The notes under the pieces were generated by a model that was not told the DNA's origin, ran no database searches, and saw only the letters and a list, made by a program, of their open reading frames with translations. DNA of 64,000 nucleotides from Octopus bimaculoides (Eukaryota). Positions 24,241 to 36,979 of this stretch are shown here, one piece after another; positions within the stretch are counted from its first letter, which is position 1, and each line of letters starts with the position of its first letter. The position numbers were made by a program, and so were the translations under genes. The stretch covers positions 5,167,378 to 5,231,377 of the forward strand of contig NC_068982.1 of assembly GCF_001194135.2 (NCBI RefSeq), given 5' to 3'.

Positions 24241-25825
24241 CTGTACTTATAATATTTGAATACAATATTTAAAGTATCATTTAAAGTTGAATGGGTTTTC
24301 CTGTTCACTATTACATTGAAGTAGAAAGTAATGAGTGTTGATTCATATAGTGGGTTGAAGTGGGCCAGAAGTATTTGGTCAGTAACATCGTTCAAATGGC
24401 CGAGGGGCCTTGCTGGAGGGAGAAGGGTAAGGGAGGTCATGTGAGTGGAAGGACAACTAGCATGGGCCTCTTTTGCCTTGGGGCTGTCACTGGGGATGGA
24501 CATGGTGGCTGCATGAGTTGAGGGAATTTGCTGTTTAGCTCTGGCCAGTGGTTTGGCATGTAGGGCTCACACAGGTACATCCCGGTTGGAAAGGATTGAT
24601 GTTGTGACAGGACCCATGAGGTATGTGAATTACATCTTTTTATCTCATGCCACAATACAAAATAATATCTAAGAGTTCAATTTTTATGACAGAAAATAAT
24701 TATTACAATGAACAGAACAAAGAATACCTCAGAAACTTGTTATCGTACAAATTCATGATGATTCATTATTCATTATTCATTGTTCTCATAATGGCTAACC
24801 ACCAGCATAAAGGTCAAGCTCAGTCTTGGTTCTCGGTCATTAAAACAACCAAGAGTGCATATCTGTGGCTAAATGTTTATATTACAAGACGCAAGAGCCA
24901 GCGGCAAGGATCTCCAAGACAAACAAATCAATCTCTGTCAGAATTCATTTTCCATTGCTTTTATAATAGTGTTGCCAAGAAAATTGGCTCAGACTTCATT
25001 TCTATAGTACTTAGTCCATTTATGATATTAATTTCAAACAATGAAATTGCCTGTAAGTATCAAATGACGACTGTCTAGGATTGTACCCACTCAAATGTTC
25101 ACACCTGATATATATTTACAAAGGTGAGAAAAAGAATAAAATAGTTTGAATGGCACAACAATACACTATAATACAAACAATGGACTACAACAACTGTTGT
25201 AAATTTAATCATCCAGAGTCTGATATGATATTTTGGAATAAAATTCCTTCTTCAGATATCCTTAGGAATTGATGGTTTTCCAACGGATTTTCTTTTTTTT
25301 TTTCTTTCGGAAGCAGTCTCAGCAGTGATCTCACAAAGCTTCTTCCGGAATTCCTCATGAGAAGTGGGTGAGGTCAGCCATGTCTCAATCTCATGTGTGT
25401 TTGCACATCCATAGCACTGCTTTTAAGTTATGTGTTATACATGCAGCTTCCCTTATTTTCCCTTCCCCTTTTTTCTCTTTTTTTTTTTGGTTATAAACAA
25501 TATATAAGCATGTTATCAAAAATGAACTTACACGCATCCTGATGTAGCTAAATAATATATTGATTACCAGCCTCCAGTCTGTTGTTAATTTGGGGCCCTA
25601 GTATGAGAATTTTCGCCAATCTCCAGTTTGTTATTCGGTAGATTTGTGCCAGTATCTAACCATTTCTGAAGAAGTGGAAGTGAATAATAGAGCAATAATT
25701 CTCGTAGAAGAATTTAGGGTGAAACTTTAATTCAAATACAGCCATTTGTGTAGGTTGGCAACATGGGTGCAGGAAGGGTCTTGGATGGATTGGCTAGTAT
25801 TGAAAGAGTTAATACTATCTACACC

Positions 25826-26356
25826 AGTAGTTCCCAAACATTTTCAGGCTTCTGCTCCCTTGGCACCCAGGCCACATTCCTATCACCCCCCCTCCCCACC
25901 ACAAATATAGACCCCCTCCTTTCTGCAGTAAATTCAAAACAACTGTATTTCACAAATAAAACTTAAACCTAATTAATCTATTAATATTTTTAATTAAGGC
26001 AAAGAGCTGGCAGAATCGTTAGCACACCGGGAGAAATGCTTTGCGGTATTTCGTCTGTCTTTATGTCCTGAGTTCAAATTCCGCTGAAGTCGACTTTGTC
26101 TTTCATCCTTTCGGGGGTCAATAAATTAAGTACCAGTTGTGTACTGGGGTTGANNNNNNNNNNNNNNNNNNNNNNNNNNNNNNNNNNNNNNNNNNNNNNN
26201 NNNNNNNNNNNNNNNNNNNNNNNNNNNNNNNNNNNNNNNNNNNNNNNNNNNNNNNNNNNNNNNNNNNNNNNNNNNNNNNNNNNNNNNNNNNNNNNNNNNN
26301 NNNNNNNNNNNNCCACCCACCAAGGGGACAGTACTATCCTATTTGGGAACCACTGA
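25826..26356. mobile_element. hAT (Charlie-like) MITE interrupted by a family-2 SINE (~26005-26153) and a gap
   Basis: Termini CAGTAGTTCCCAAAC...TTTGGGAACCACTG; internal gagctggcagaatcgttagc SINE head. Confidence 0.6.
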
Positions 26357-27176
26357 TCTACAGAACTATATATTTTTTTGAAACTGTTCTGTGCCATAGA
26401 GGAAATCTGTCAATCCAGACTCTCCATCTCTGGTTTTCTTTAGACTGTTTTAGTAGACTGAGAGATGATTAGCCGTTCACTCATCCCTCCTCCATCCTTT
26501 GGAAGCAAAGGACACAGTGACTAGGTTCCGCACGACCCGACCAAAGTGTAGTAGTGAAGCTGGTTCTGAGAGAGTCTGTGAGAGAGACTGGGAAAGAGAG
26601 AGAAAGGGAAAAGATGAGAGTGGATGAGAGAGAGAGAGAGAGAAGTAGAGAAGAGTTAGTATTTTCTATCTGTTACTTGTTTCACTCATTAGACTGCGAC
26701 CATGCTGGAGCACCACCTTGAAGAGTTCTTAGTCAGACGACCAGTGGTTAGTCATTATGAGAACTAATTTCCTTCTTTTCTTTTTAAGCCTGGTACTTAC
26801 TCTATCAGTCATTTTTGCTGAACTGCTAAGTTAGTGAGATGTAAGCACACCAACACTGGTTGTCAAGAGGTGGTGGGGAACAAACAAACACACATGCACA
26901 CACACACACACACACATGCACTCACACATACACACACAAAGTCATAAATGACAGAGAAATAGTTTGATGAAATTTTAAGAAGCTTTTTAAATGATATTGG
27001 ATTACTTGAGACCATATATTGTGGCTGTGTGGTAAGTAGCTTGCTTACCAACTACATGGTCCTAGGTTCAGTCCCACTGAGTGGCACCTTGGGCAAGTGT
27101 CTTCTACTATAGCCTCGGGCTGACCAAAGCCTTGTGAGTGGATTCAACAGACGGAGACTGAAAGAAGTCCATAATA

Positions 27177-27227
<51 letters not shown>

Positions 27228-28264
27228 GTGTGTATATATGTTTGTGTGTCTGTGTTTGTCCTCCCAACATCGCTTGACAACTGATGCTGGTGTGTTTACG
27301 TCCCTGTAACTTAGTGGTTCAGCAAAAGAGACCGATAATATAAGTACTAGGCTTACAAAGAATAAGTCCTGGGGGCGATTTGCTCAACTGAAGGCGATGC
27401 TCCGGCATGGCCACAGTCAAATGACTGAAACAAGTAAATGAGTAAAAGAGTATATATACAGATACATATAACAGGCTTCTTTCAGTTTCCATCAAATCTG
27501 CTCACAAGGCTTTGGTTGGTTTGAGGCTATAGTAGAAGACACTTGCCTAAGGTGCCACCAATGCAGCCACATTTGTGCCTATTTTGTTTATTTTCTTCTT
27601 CTGTACATTTAGTTGTACATTTTGATTTTGTGTTCTCATTGGTTTATTTAACTATTGTGTGGCTTTATGTGTAGTGGCCATTTCTGGATGCTAACATATA
27701 ATGTGTGTAAAGGAAATTTTGAAAGTTAGTGAACCACACCTCTTATTTCTGTTGGATATCCCCAGGTACCAAGGGCAGACCTTCATTAAGCAAAAATAAA
27801 ACTTTTTTTTCAAGCACTCCCAAAATATTTCATTTGTAATACTTGAAATATAACAAACTTGGAAGGAAAAAATCAAAAAGACATTTTCATTGTACAAGAG
27901 TCTATTAGTAATAATAATAAAAACAATAATGCCATTATTATTGTTGCTGTCATATATTGCATTAAAATAATGTGATTTGGTACTGAGAAGTTCAAGCAGA
28001 GTGAAACATTTGGTCTTCTGTAATGAATCGCATTATTTTGATGCAATGCCTTATATTATTCTTGACATTTAACCCTGCCTTGAATCCTTTGAGAGTGGTA
28101 TCTTTTAAGTTCATAAAGAACTTTCCGAAAGACTCAATAACCTTACATCCTAATTCTTTATTTTCCTTTAAAATTTTACTGTAGCTGCTGCTGCTGCTTG
28201 TGGTGCCTATCATCAGATGGTCTGGAATGACAAATGGTATCAGACTCTAAGAAACACTAATCTA

Positions 28265-29158
28265 CAGGGTGTGTGGAAAGTAACTAGGCATGAGAAATTG
28301 CTGATAGAATTTTTAGTATCACTGAAGTCATGACAAAAAATTTTTTAAACAGACAACATTAATGGTTTTTTTAATTTTCTTATTGTCTTATTTCTTATTT
28401 TCTAGATGGCCGGTTGCATCATTGTTCAGGAGTGAGCTAAGATAACAGCATGCTATAAAGTGTGGGATTCCATTGTTTTGGTTCAGAGATGATGGCGTGT
28501 ATGGAAACTTAAGCATGCAACACTATGTCCGGAGACAATAAAAAGTTGCCATGCAAAGCTGATGACCACAGGCTCTGTGAACAATGCAAGAAATGGCTGG
28601 CCGTCCAACCACATCTCGATCAGCAGAGAATGTGGCAACAGTGCAGGAAATGTCTAATCACAGCCCTCAACAATCAACACGTCAAGCAGCTTGTGAAAGT
28701 GGACTAACAAGACACACAATACGTACGGTGTTGCATAAAGAATTGAATTTTCGTTTGTGGAAACCCCATTACGTGCAGGAGCTAAAACCTGAAGACTGTG
28801 ATCACAGAAGTCCAGAACTCCAAGAAGTCCAGATTTCACTCCATGTGATCTTTACCTGTGGGGTTACACAAAAGAGGAGGTGTACAAGACAAAACCTCAC
28901 ACACGTGAGGACATTGAGACATGGATTCAGGAGGTTCTCAATGATATCCCAGACAACATCCTTCAGAAGGTTGTTCATTCCATTCCTGGCCATTTGAGGA
29001 AACTGGTTGACATCATCGGCGCTTACATTGAAATATGAAGATTAACTTTCATTTCCCCATGTAACAAAGAACATGTATCATTTGTTTCAATAAATTTTTA
29101 AAAGGGATATGGATTTTAGCAGCAATTTTTAATGTTTACTTACTTTTCACCCACCCTG
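28265..29158 (+). mobile_element. Internally deleted Tc1/mariner (maT/DD37D-like) transposon with both TIRs
   Basis: TA|CAGGGTGTGTGGAAAGTAA ... TTACTTTTCACCCACCCTG|TA. The decayed ORF from ATG 28406 (MAGCIIVQE*AKI..VWDSIVLVQR*..SPQQSTRQAACESGL..KELNFRLWKPHYVQEL) is joined directly to PRSPDFTPCDLYLWGYTKEEVYK...GAYIEI*. Confidence 0.92.
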
Positions 29159-30178
29159 TACATTAATCTAATCTACATTAACAAATACAAATCTATATTT
29201 CATCATCATCGTTTAACATCTGCTTTCCATGCTAGCATGGGTTGGATGATTTGACTGAGGACTGGTGAACCGGATGGCTGCACCAGGCTCCAATCTGATC
29301 TGGCAGAGTTTCTAGATAATCCTTTTCTGCCGATTAGAGAACGTGGTTATTTATAGTTACATAATAAGGGTAAAAATTATATATATATATATATATATAT
29401 ACATATACGACTGGCTTCTTCCAGTTTCTGTCTACCAAATCCACTCACAAGGCTTTGGTCAGCCCGAGGCTATAGAAGAAGACACTTGCCCAAGGTTCCA
29501 CATAGTGGGACTGAACCCGAAGCCATGTGGTTGGTAAGCAAGCTATTTACCACACAGCCACTCTTATAATTTATATCTTTTATACATCAGAGGACTCTTA
29601 CTGTTTCCATCGACCATCAGTTTTTGTTTCAACCATTCTCTTATATTTCTAATATAATTTTCTTCTTCATCAGGAATTCATCTGACTCTTTAATGCTGTC
29701 ATCTGCCATGTCATTCGGGCTAAGTAAACAGTCAGCCATGTTCACCAGTTAATTCTCTTATTCCTCCTCTAGAAACAGACAGCAGCAGTATAAACATCTA
29801 GTTATTGTATAAGCTGGTAGATGAGTTTTAACATCGTTGCTGATGTGTCTGTTCACAGAAACAACTGCTGATGTTTGTACCTGCTGACCACTAGACATTT
29901 CCACTTAGCCTTTAACTTGTTGCAAAATCTTACATTATTATACTAATTTGTTTCCTTTTTATTACACACTAGCTTAAAAGCTGCATTCCATGTGGACTTT
30001 TAAATTAGTTCATGCGGAGGGCTAATTGGGACTGTGACTCAAAACTAAAGAGAGAGAGATAATATTAAAGCATTTATTGGTACCTTACCAATATGGTAAT
30101 ACTTTAAATTCAGTTTAAACGACAAACTTGCAAGTTCACAAATTTTTGAAGTTCTTTTGAAATTTGAATAGAAGATAT

Positions 30179-30216
<38 letters not shown>

Positions 30217-31046
30217 TGTTTAACGCCCGCTTTCCATGTTAGCATGGGTTGGACGATTTGACTGAGGACTGATGAACCGGATGGCTGCACCAGGCTCCAA
30301 TCTGTCCCCCACCACCACTTGACAGTAAAATAATGTTTAAAGACTTATTGGCTTCAAATTTAAGGTAATGGATTACTAACCACAAGATAATGACTTCAAA
30401 ACTTCATACTGAACTTCCGCTCTATATGATAACGTTATATGTACATCTTAGTCTACTTGACTTCCAACAATTAATAATTATAATTTGAAGTTGAATGGTT
30501 AGCAGTAAGAAAGATGTCCAGATTTCTTTAAAAATTATTGTACAAAATAATTTAAGAAAAAGTAATTTTTCACCACAACACGCACAAATGCATATAGAGG
30601 TGCGTCTGTGGTAACTTGAGCTACTACAAACAGCAACCAAATCTCTCTTAAAACACATCCTTTCATCAAAAGAAAAACACAGATTTACAATATTTCAGGA
30701 AGAAAAAAACTATGCAATGGCTCTGCTACATCAGAGGAAACTCTGGGCTAAACAAAACACAGACAAACATACTTCCCATTAAAAGGTTATCTACTAAATA
30801 ATACTAATAAAGTTGATGATATAGGCAGAGCTTCCTCCTTTAGCTAAAGACCTCAAAATTGTGTGACCTAACCTTGTTTTCGAGATTACTTTTGTAGTAA
30901 AAACAGGGTTGTTGTGCAAAAAACATACTTTATTTGGTAGCTGAAAGATAATTGAATCTTTTGCTACCTCATGCGTCAAAATCGGCAACTCAGTTTTTGA
31001 ATCCAGAAGGAACATATGCACACACATACACACACACATTTTGTTT

Positions 31047-31100
<54 letters not shown>

Positions 31101-32628
31101 TATGACAGTCCTTTTCCACTTTCTGTCTGCTGGGTCCATCACAGGGCTTTGGTTGGCCCAGGTTTGTTTCAGGGGACACTTGTTTGGAGTTCCACGCAGC
31201 GGGGCTGGGTTTGGAAGCATGTAGTTAGGTAGTTAACTTAAAAGGCTTACTTCCCAAATGCATAGTTCCAAGTTCAGTCCCACTACATGGCACATTCTGC
31301 AGCTGTTTTCTGCTGTGGTTTCAAGCCAGCCAGAACCTTGTAGCAACAACTCACCATTCAAAAAAATCAAAAAACCATTGACAATCATAGGTAGGTGCAG
31401 GCATGACTGTGTGGTAAGAAGTTTGCTTACCAATCACATGGTTCTGGGATCAGTCCCACTACATGGCACTATGGGCAAGTATCTTCTATTATAGCCTCAG
31501 ACTGATCAAAGCCCTGTAGGTGGATTTGGTAGATGGAAACTAAAAGAAGCCTGTTATGTGTGTGTGCATGTGAATGCATGTGTATGTCTATGTGTGTATT
31601 TGTATCTGTGTTTGTCCCCCACCGCCATTTGACAACCGGTGCTGATGTGTTTATATCCTCATAACATAGCAATTTGGCAAAGAGTCTGATAGAATAAACA
31701 CTAGACTAAAATTCTTTAAGGTGGTACTCCAGCATGGCCAATGTCTTACAACTGAAACAAGTAAATGAATAAAAAGGATACCTCCCAGTCCCTACACCCT
31801 TACACCATACGCTATGCTATCTTATTATATAGACAAGTTGATTGGGAAACTGAAAGATCAATATTTTTGTCAAGTTTATAATGCAGCACCAGGAATGTTA
31901 ACAAACTGTTGATTCTTTGGTCAGATCATTGACACTCTATTGACATTCGCAGCTGTGACCATCAAAACAAATCATTCTTATTAGTTGCTTGGAAATTAGT
32001 TGTTTGTAAAATAGTTTTAAGAGAATCAGAAAGGAAATGTTATGGTTTACCAAAAAATGTAGTAAAAACACAGGCAAAGCTATAATGTTCCACTAATAGT
32101 TAAAAACCGAGTTCAAAGGAATTATATATGTATGTTAAAATTGATGTTATACTTTGATATCATACTTCAATATAAACTCATATTGATATATTAAAAGAAT
32201 GACGGGCAGTTTTATGTAACGTAAGATAAATTAATACGAAATAAACAACATTTCAATGAATACCAATTTGGGAATATTGATTAATATCTTCGGTACAAGG
32301 GTAGATTCTGTAAAGTAAAAGGAAGAACATTTAATTGAATTGGCTTTATTATGTTTCTGATACTTATTTTAAAAAGTCTGGGAGGAATAAATAGACAGAA
32401 TTGTTCACAGATGATTTGATCCCACAGATAAAACATTGCAATTGATGTTACTGAGAATCCACTTTGGTACTGTATTAATAGTCAACAAGAAGTTTATGAA
32501 GCAACAAATAATTAAAACAACTGTAGCAGATATAAAATCACAAGATGGCTAAGCCACTGTTGTTTCACGTGATCAGCCAATTAGCTGACCAATCAGCACC
32601 AAATTATTACTTTCTAGAACTTTATTAA

Positions 32629-33088
32629 CCTTTTCATGACCAATCTGCCTGAAACTGGTTCTGGCTCTGAGTACAAATGTCTTGTTTTCATAAGTTTTGA
32701 AATAAGATCTTCCACCAAACCTTAGTCATAATTTATGTTCCTAACACTAGCTGAATTATTTCTTTATTGCCCACAGGGGACTAAACATAGAGGGGACAAA
32801 CAAGGACAGACAAAGGATTTAAGTCGATTACATTGACCCCAGTGCATAACTGGTACTTATTTAATTGACTCCGAAAGGATGAAAGGCAAATTTGCCCTCA
32901 GCAGAATTTGAACTCAGAACGTAATGGCAGATGAAATACCGCTAAGCATTCTGTCCAGTGTGCTAATGAGTCTGCCAGCTCGCTGCCTAGCTGAATGATA
33001 ACTAAGTTACTTTACTAAATTCTTTGTTATATTTAAAGTAATTGAAAGAAACACAGAACATCTCAAAATAAATACAGTAATGAAAGGG
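32629..33088. mobile_element. Second copy of piggyBac-like MITE, carrying a family-2 SINE insertion (32757-32986, minus)
   Basis: TTAA|CCTTTTCATGAC ... GTAATGAAAGGG|TTAA; the SINE is flanked by a 10-bp TSD ctagctgaat (32747-32756, 32987-32996). Confidence 0.88.
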
Positions 33089-34439
33089 TTAAGCTCTATA
33101 TAAAAATGTTTGTTATTTTGGTTCCAGAATTCTGAAGCAGTGCCCTGATGTCTCCATTCTGATGGCAATTTAGAAGATGCAGATTTTGTCTTCTTGAGTA
33201 TAGTGCAATTATTTTCCCACTGTGATGGTCCATCCACAGATTGATGCATGCCAGTTACTTCGTCACAGATTCTGTTGTCAGTTACTGTTGTCGTTGTCAT
33301 CATTTTAAGGTCCAGTTTTTTTCTATGCTTACATAAGTCAGATGGAATCTTTTGAGGCAGAGTTTCTATGCCCTGATACCTCCACCTGAGGCCAACCCTC
33401 ACCTGTTTCCATCAAAGGTAATATTTCTCCTTTTCCGAACATGGCTTTATAAAGAACCGAAAATGAACGAAACTGTTTGTATGAGTGACACTAGCTTACA
33501 GCTATCACATGATACAAAGGCAAGGAAACACACACACACTACAGGCTTCTTTCAGTTTCTCTATACCAAATCCACTCACAAAGCTTTGGTCAGCTGGGTA
33601 TATTGGTAAATGACTCTTTCCCCATGGTGCCCCACAATGGGACTGAACCCCAAACTGTGTAGTTGGTTAGCCAGCACCAACATTTTCTACACATTAAATT
33701 GAAATGATAAAAATTTATATCTTTGCACAATATTTCTAAAATATTAGTTTAGAATTAAGGTGGAAGGAAACATTTCTTTGCTAAAGAAACTTTGCATTGT
33801 TATCATGTGAAATACTTTCTAGAATTCTTTCGCAGGAAGAACTAATCTACTGTAAAATATAAAAGGTGTAACTGAACAAGGTGGAGTTTTATACAAAGCA
33901 AATAACAGAGATGCTGTTAACTGATTCTTCAAAGAGAAGCATGAAAGCAGTGTTATTGCATAATAGACCATTTGTATCCAGCAAGCTGATAGAATATTCT
34001 GTGCAGATGTCTGAAACAAATGAAAGCTTGGAACTCTGCTAAAAATATCAAATTATCTTGGGTACAATTCATTGGTCTGTGGTTAATCTTAAAGTAATGG
34101 CACTCAGACTTCAAGGTGTTTATACAAACTAACCATGTTCTCTATGTCTGCAGAGTGGCTGACTCACACATTGGATACCTAGAAATTCTTACAAGGATTT
34201 TGGAATGTTATTATGGTTCTAATAGATCGAAGAACAGTTGCACTAAATGTTTTTCATTAATTTACGAAGTATGAAAAGATTTATAAAAGGCTTTGATAAA
34301 GATGTAGGAACAATGAAATGCCTTTGTCATGTTTCCATATTAATTATTTTTTAATCAAAAAGAGGCAGTTTTGCTGGACCACAAATTTGGGAACTGATAA
34401 AAGTGTATCTTAGACTCCATTATCTGATGTATCAGAAGA

Positions 34440-34740
34440 TGGTAAGTTGTGATTTGAGAGCAATTTGACTGCTATTTCTACCAGGTTGTACGACCACTTT
34501 GAAGCTTTTTCATTGGTTCCTCTTGGTAGATGTAGGTTCAACAAATATAGGTTTTTCTACATGGTAGCAATAGTAACCAAATCTTCCTTGAATTACACAG
34601 TGACATCTTGAAAAGAGATGGTTACATTGGATAATGTAATCTTAGATATGCAATGCCTGAAAGAAAGACCAGCTAGCTATAACAGAAATGTCTTCGATCT
34701 TCAATCTGCTTAGTCAAGGTTGACCTTAACTAAACAACAA
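34440..34740. repeat. Unclassified dispersed repeat (family 5)
   Basis: Motifs gtgatttgag..atttg(a/g)ctgctatttct..aggt and aggtcagccctgatcaa recur at ~23390-23600, 37070-37350 and 52260-52440. Confidence 0.55.
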
Positions 34741-34944
34741 CTTACTAACTACAACTTCAAAACGATTTTGAAAATAAAAATCTTCGTAAATATAAAGACC
34801 ATCTTAAGAGTATTTTGGGACATCACACCATCTCTAATCTCTGCTACTTTCTGTTTTAAAATAAAATAAAATAAAATTTTCCATTAAAATTTCATGTCAA
34901 CTTATGTTCAAAACATCAGTTTAATAATGACTTCAAAATTTTCG

Positions 34945-35228
34945 CACAAGGCCAGCAATTTCAAGGCAGGAGTTAAGTCGATTACGTTGGCCCCAGTGCG
35001 CAACTGGTACTTATTTTATTCTTATCTACTCTAGGCACAAGGCCCGAAATTTTGTGGGGAGAGGGCCAGTCAATTAGATCGACCCCAGTATGCAACTGGT
35101 ACATAATTTATCAACCCTGAAAGGCAAAGTCAATTCCAGTGGCATTTGAATTTAGAATGTAATGATGGAAAAAATGCTGCTAAGAATTATTTCCAGCATG
35201 TTAATGATTCTGCCAGCTCACTGCCTGC
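34945..35228 (-). mobile_element. Overlapping or nested family-2 SINE copies
   Basis: Two successive ccccagt(g/a)(c/t)gcaactggtac cores and a head gattctgccagctc. Confidence 0.7.
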
Positions 35229-36639
35229 ATCAGTTTAATAATAACAAATTTTGCTACAGTCTTCATTGTTTTCCAAATTAACTGAGAAAAAAAAAAAAAA
35301 ACTGTATTTCAACAGAAATATGGTAACAAAGAGTTCATATGGTGGTTAATTATGTCTGCTGGTTGAAATGAGAAAAGTTGTATGTAATATATACATGAAA
35401 TTCAAAACGAGAAATATCTCTAAGGAATTTCAAAATGTAATTGAGTTTTATTTTTACTTTTCTGCTATAAATATAATTTCGTAGTGAATATTTCTTTTGA
35501 ACATCTAATCTAACATAATAGAAAATTAATGAACAGAAGGGATATTTCAAATTTCAATTTCTATTTTCTATGTCAAGAAGCTCCAAAATTAAGATCAGCA
35601 AAGAAAATAAGAAAAATTGGACAATTTCTATAATAAAAATTGATACCTTAGGATGAATTCAATGAGTTTATTTCTCCTAAGAGAAATATATTTATACTGG
35701 AAGAGAATGGGATGTAGTGATGTTCATACATTTCCAAAAGACCTTCACAAAGTGTAATCATCATCATCATCTGTTTTCCATGCTGGTATGAGTTGGATGG
35801 TTTAACAGGAGCTGGTAAGGCTAGGGACAATATGAGACTCCATTGTTTGTTTTGGTATGGCTTCTATAGATGGATGCCCTTCCTAACACCAACCATTTTA
35901 CAGAGGGTACTGGGTGCTTTTTATGTGGCACCAGCACTGATAGGGTCACCAAGTAACTTGTAAGACAAAAACCTTCTCAGCTGGGTAGGAGGAGTAATAG
36001 TGAAGGGAGTGGTGGTTTTGTGCCATGTCTTGCTGTAGAGTAGGTACATGGATAATCCTGTTGGAAAAGAAAGGAGGGTGGGTGGGTTAGAGTAAAAAGG
36101 TAAAGGAAGTGGGTGCATCAGTGAGGAAGATAAAGAGAGCAATAGTGAGAGATGATGATGGCAAAGATGTGTTGGAACATGCCCTCAAGGGACATTGGAG
36201 GTGGTGAGAATAAGCAGAGGTGACTAAGGTAAATGATGAAGTGAGATATTGGAAAGGCTCAGGGACAGGGGTTGTGTGAGGGTGATAGCAGATAAGTGTT
36301 ATAATGAGGGTGTTAATTTTAAGTGAATCAGAAATGAGTTCCAGTATTCTTTGACTCAATATTGCTTTAATCTTTGATCTAGAAACTTACTCTATAAGAA
36401 ACCAATCAATATTAAAAATACTGACATTGTCTTTCCATTGTTGTATTGTCAAGCAAAATAACTGACAGTATTTCATTAGAGACATTTACATTCTAAATTC
36501 AAATCCTATTGAAGCTGATTTTACTTCTCATCTTCCCAGGATTGATAAAATAAGCAACAATCCAGTAATGAAGTCAATAAAATTAAAAGTTCTCTTTTGA
36601 ATTTCTGGCTTTATATACTGAAATGAGAAATCATTGTAG

Positions 36640-36979
36640 TAAAGATTATTTGCCAACATAACATGGCAGTCCTGGTTTAGGACGAAGGTTGCTGTAATTT
36701 AGCCCCAAGAGAGATCGTCTCCAGCTGGCTATACAACACGATCTGTGTCTTTATATTTTCGAACAAGGGAAACTAGCACCCCCACTTAGCTCAAAACAAT
36801 ATCTGTGTATCACGACTTCTGGGTTTGAGCTGAGTGGGGGTGGTAGATTCCCTTGTTTGAAAATATAAGGACACAGATTGTGTCATATAGCCAGCTGGAG
36901 ACGATGTTTCCTGGGGCTAAATTACAGCAACGTTCGTCCTAAACCAGGACTGCCATGTTATGTTGGCAAACAATCTTTA
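36640..36979. mobile_element. 340-bp fold-back element (MITE-like) with ~158-bp inverted arms
   Basis: taaagattatttgccaacataacatggcagtcctggtttaggacgaa...ccccacttagctcaaa is mirrored by tttgagctgagtggggg...ttcgtcctaaaccaggactgccatgttatgttggcaaacaatcttta. Loop about 25 nt; TA at both outer ends. Confidence 0.9.

Noticed and set aside
25190-25430. Minus-strand open stretch QCYGCANTHEIETWLTSPTSHEEFRKKL... (and similar short protein-like stretches at 28.0-28.2, 29.6-29.7 and 47.4-47.5 kb)
   Set aside because: No start or splice support and no recognisable family; within chance expectation.
25532-25665. Minus-strand 134-nt segment with good acceptor (ttcttcAG) and donor (GTAAGT)
   Set aside because: Stops in all three frames; could only be a non-coding exon, and there is no independent support.
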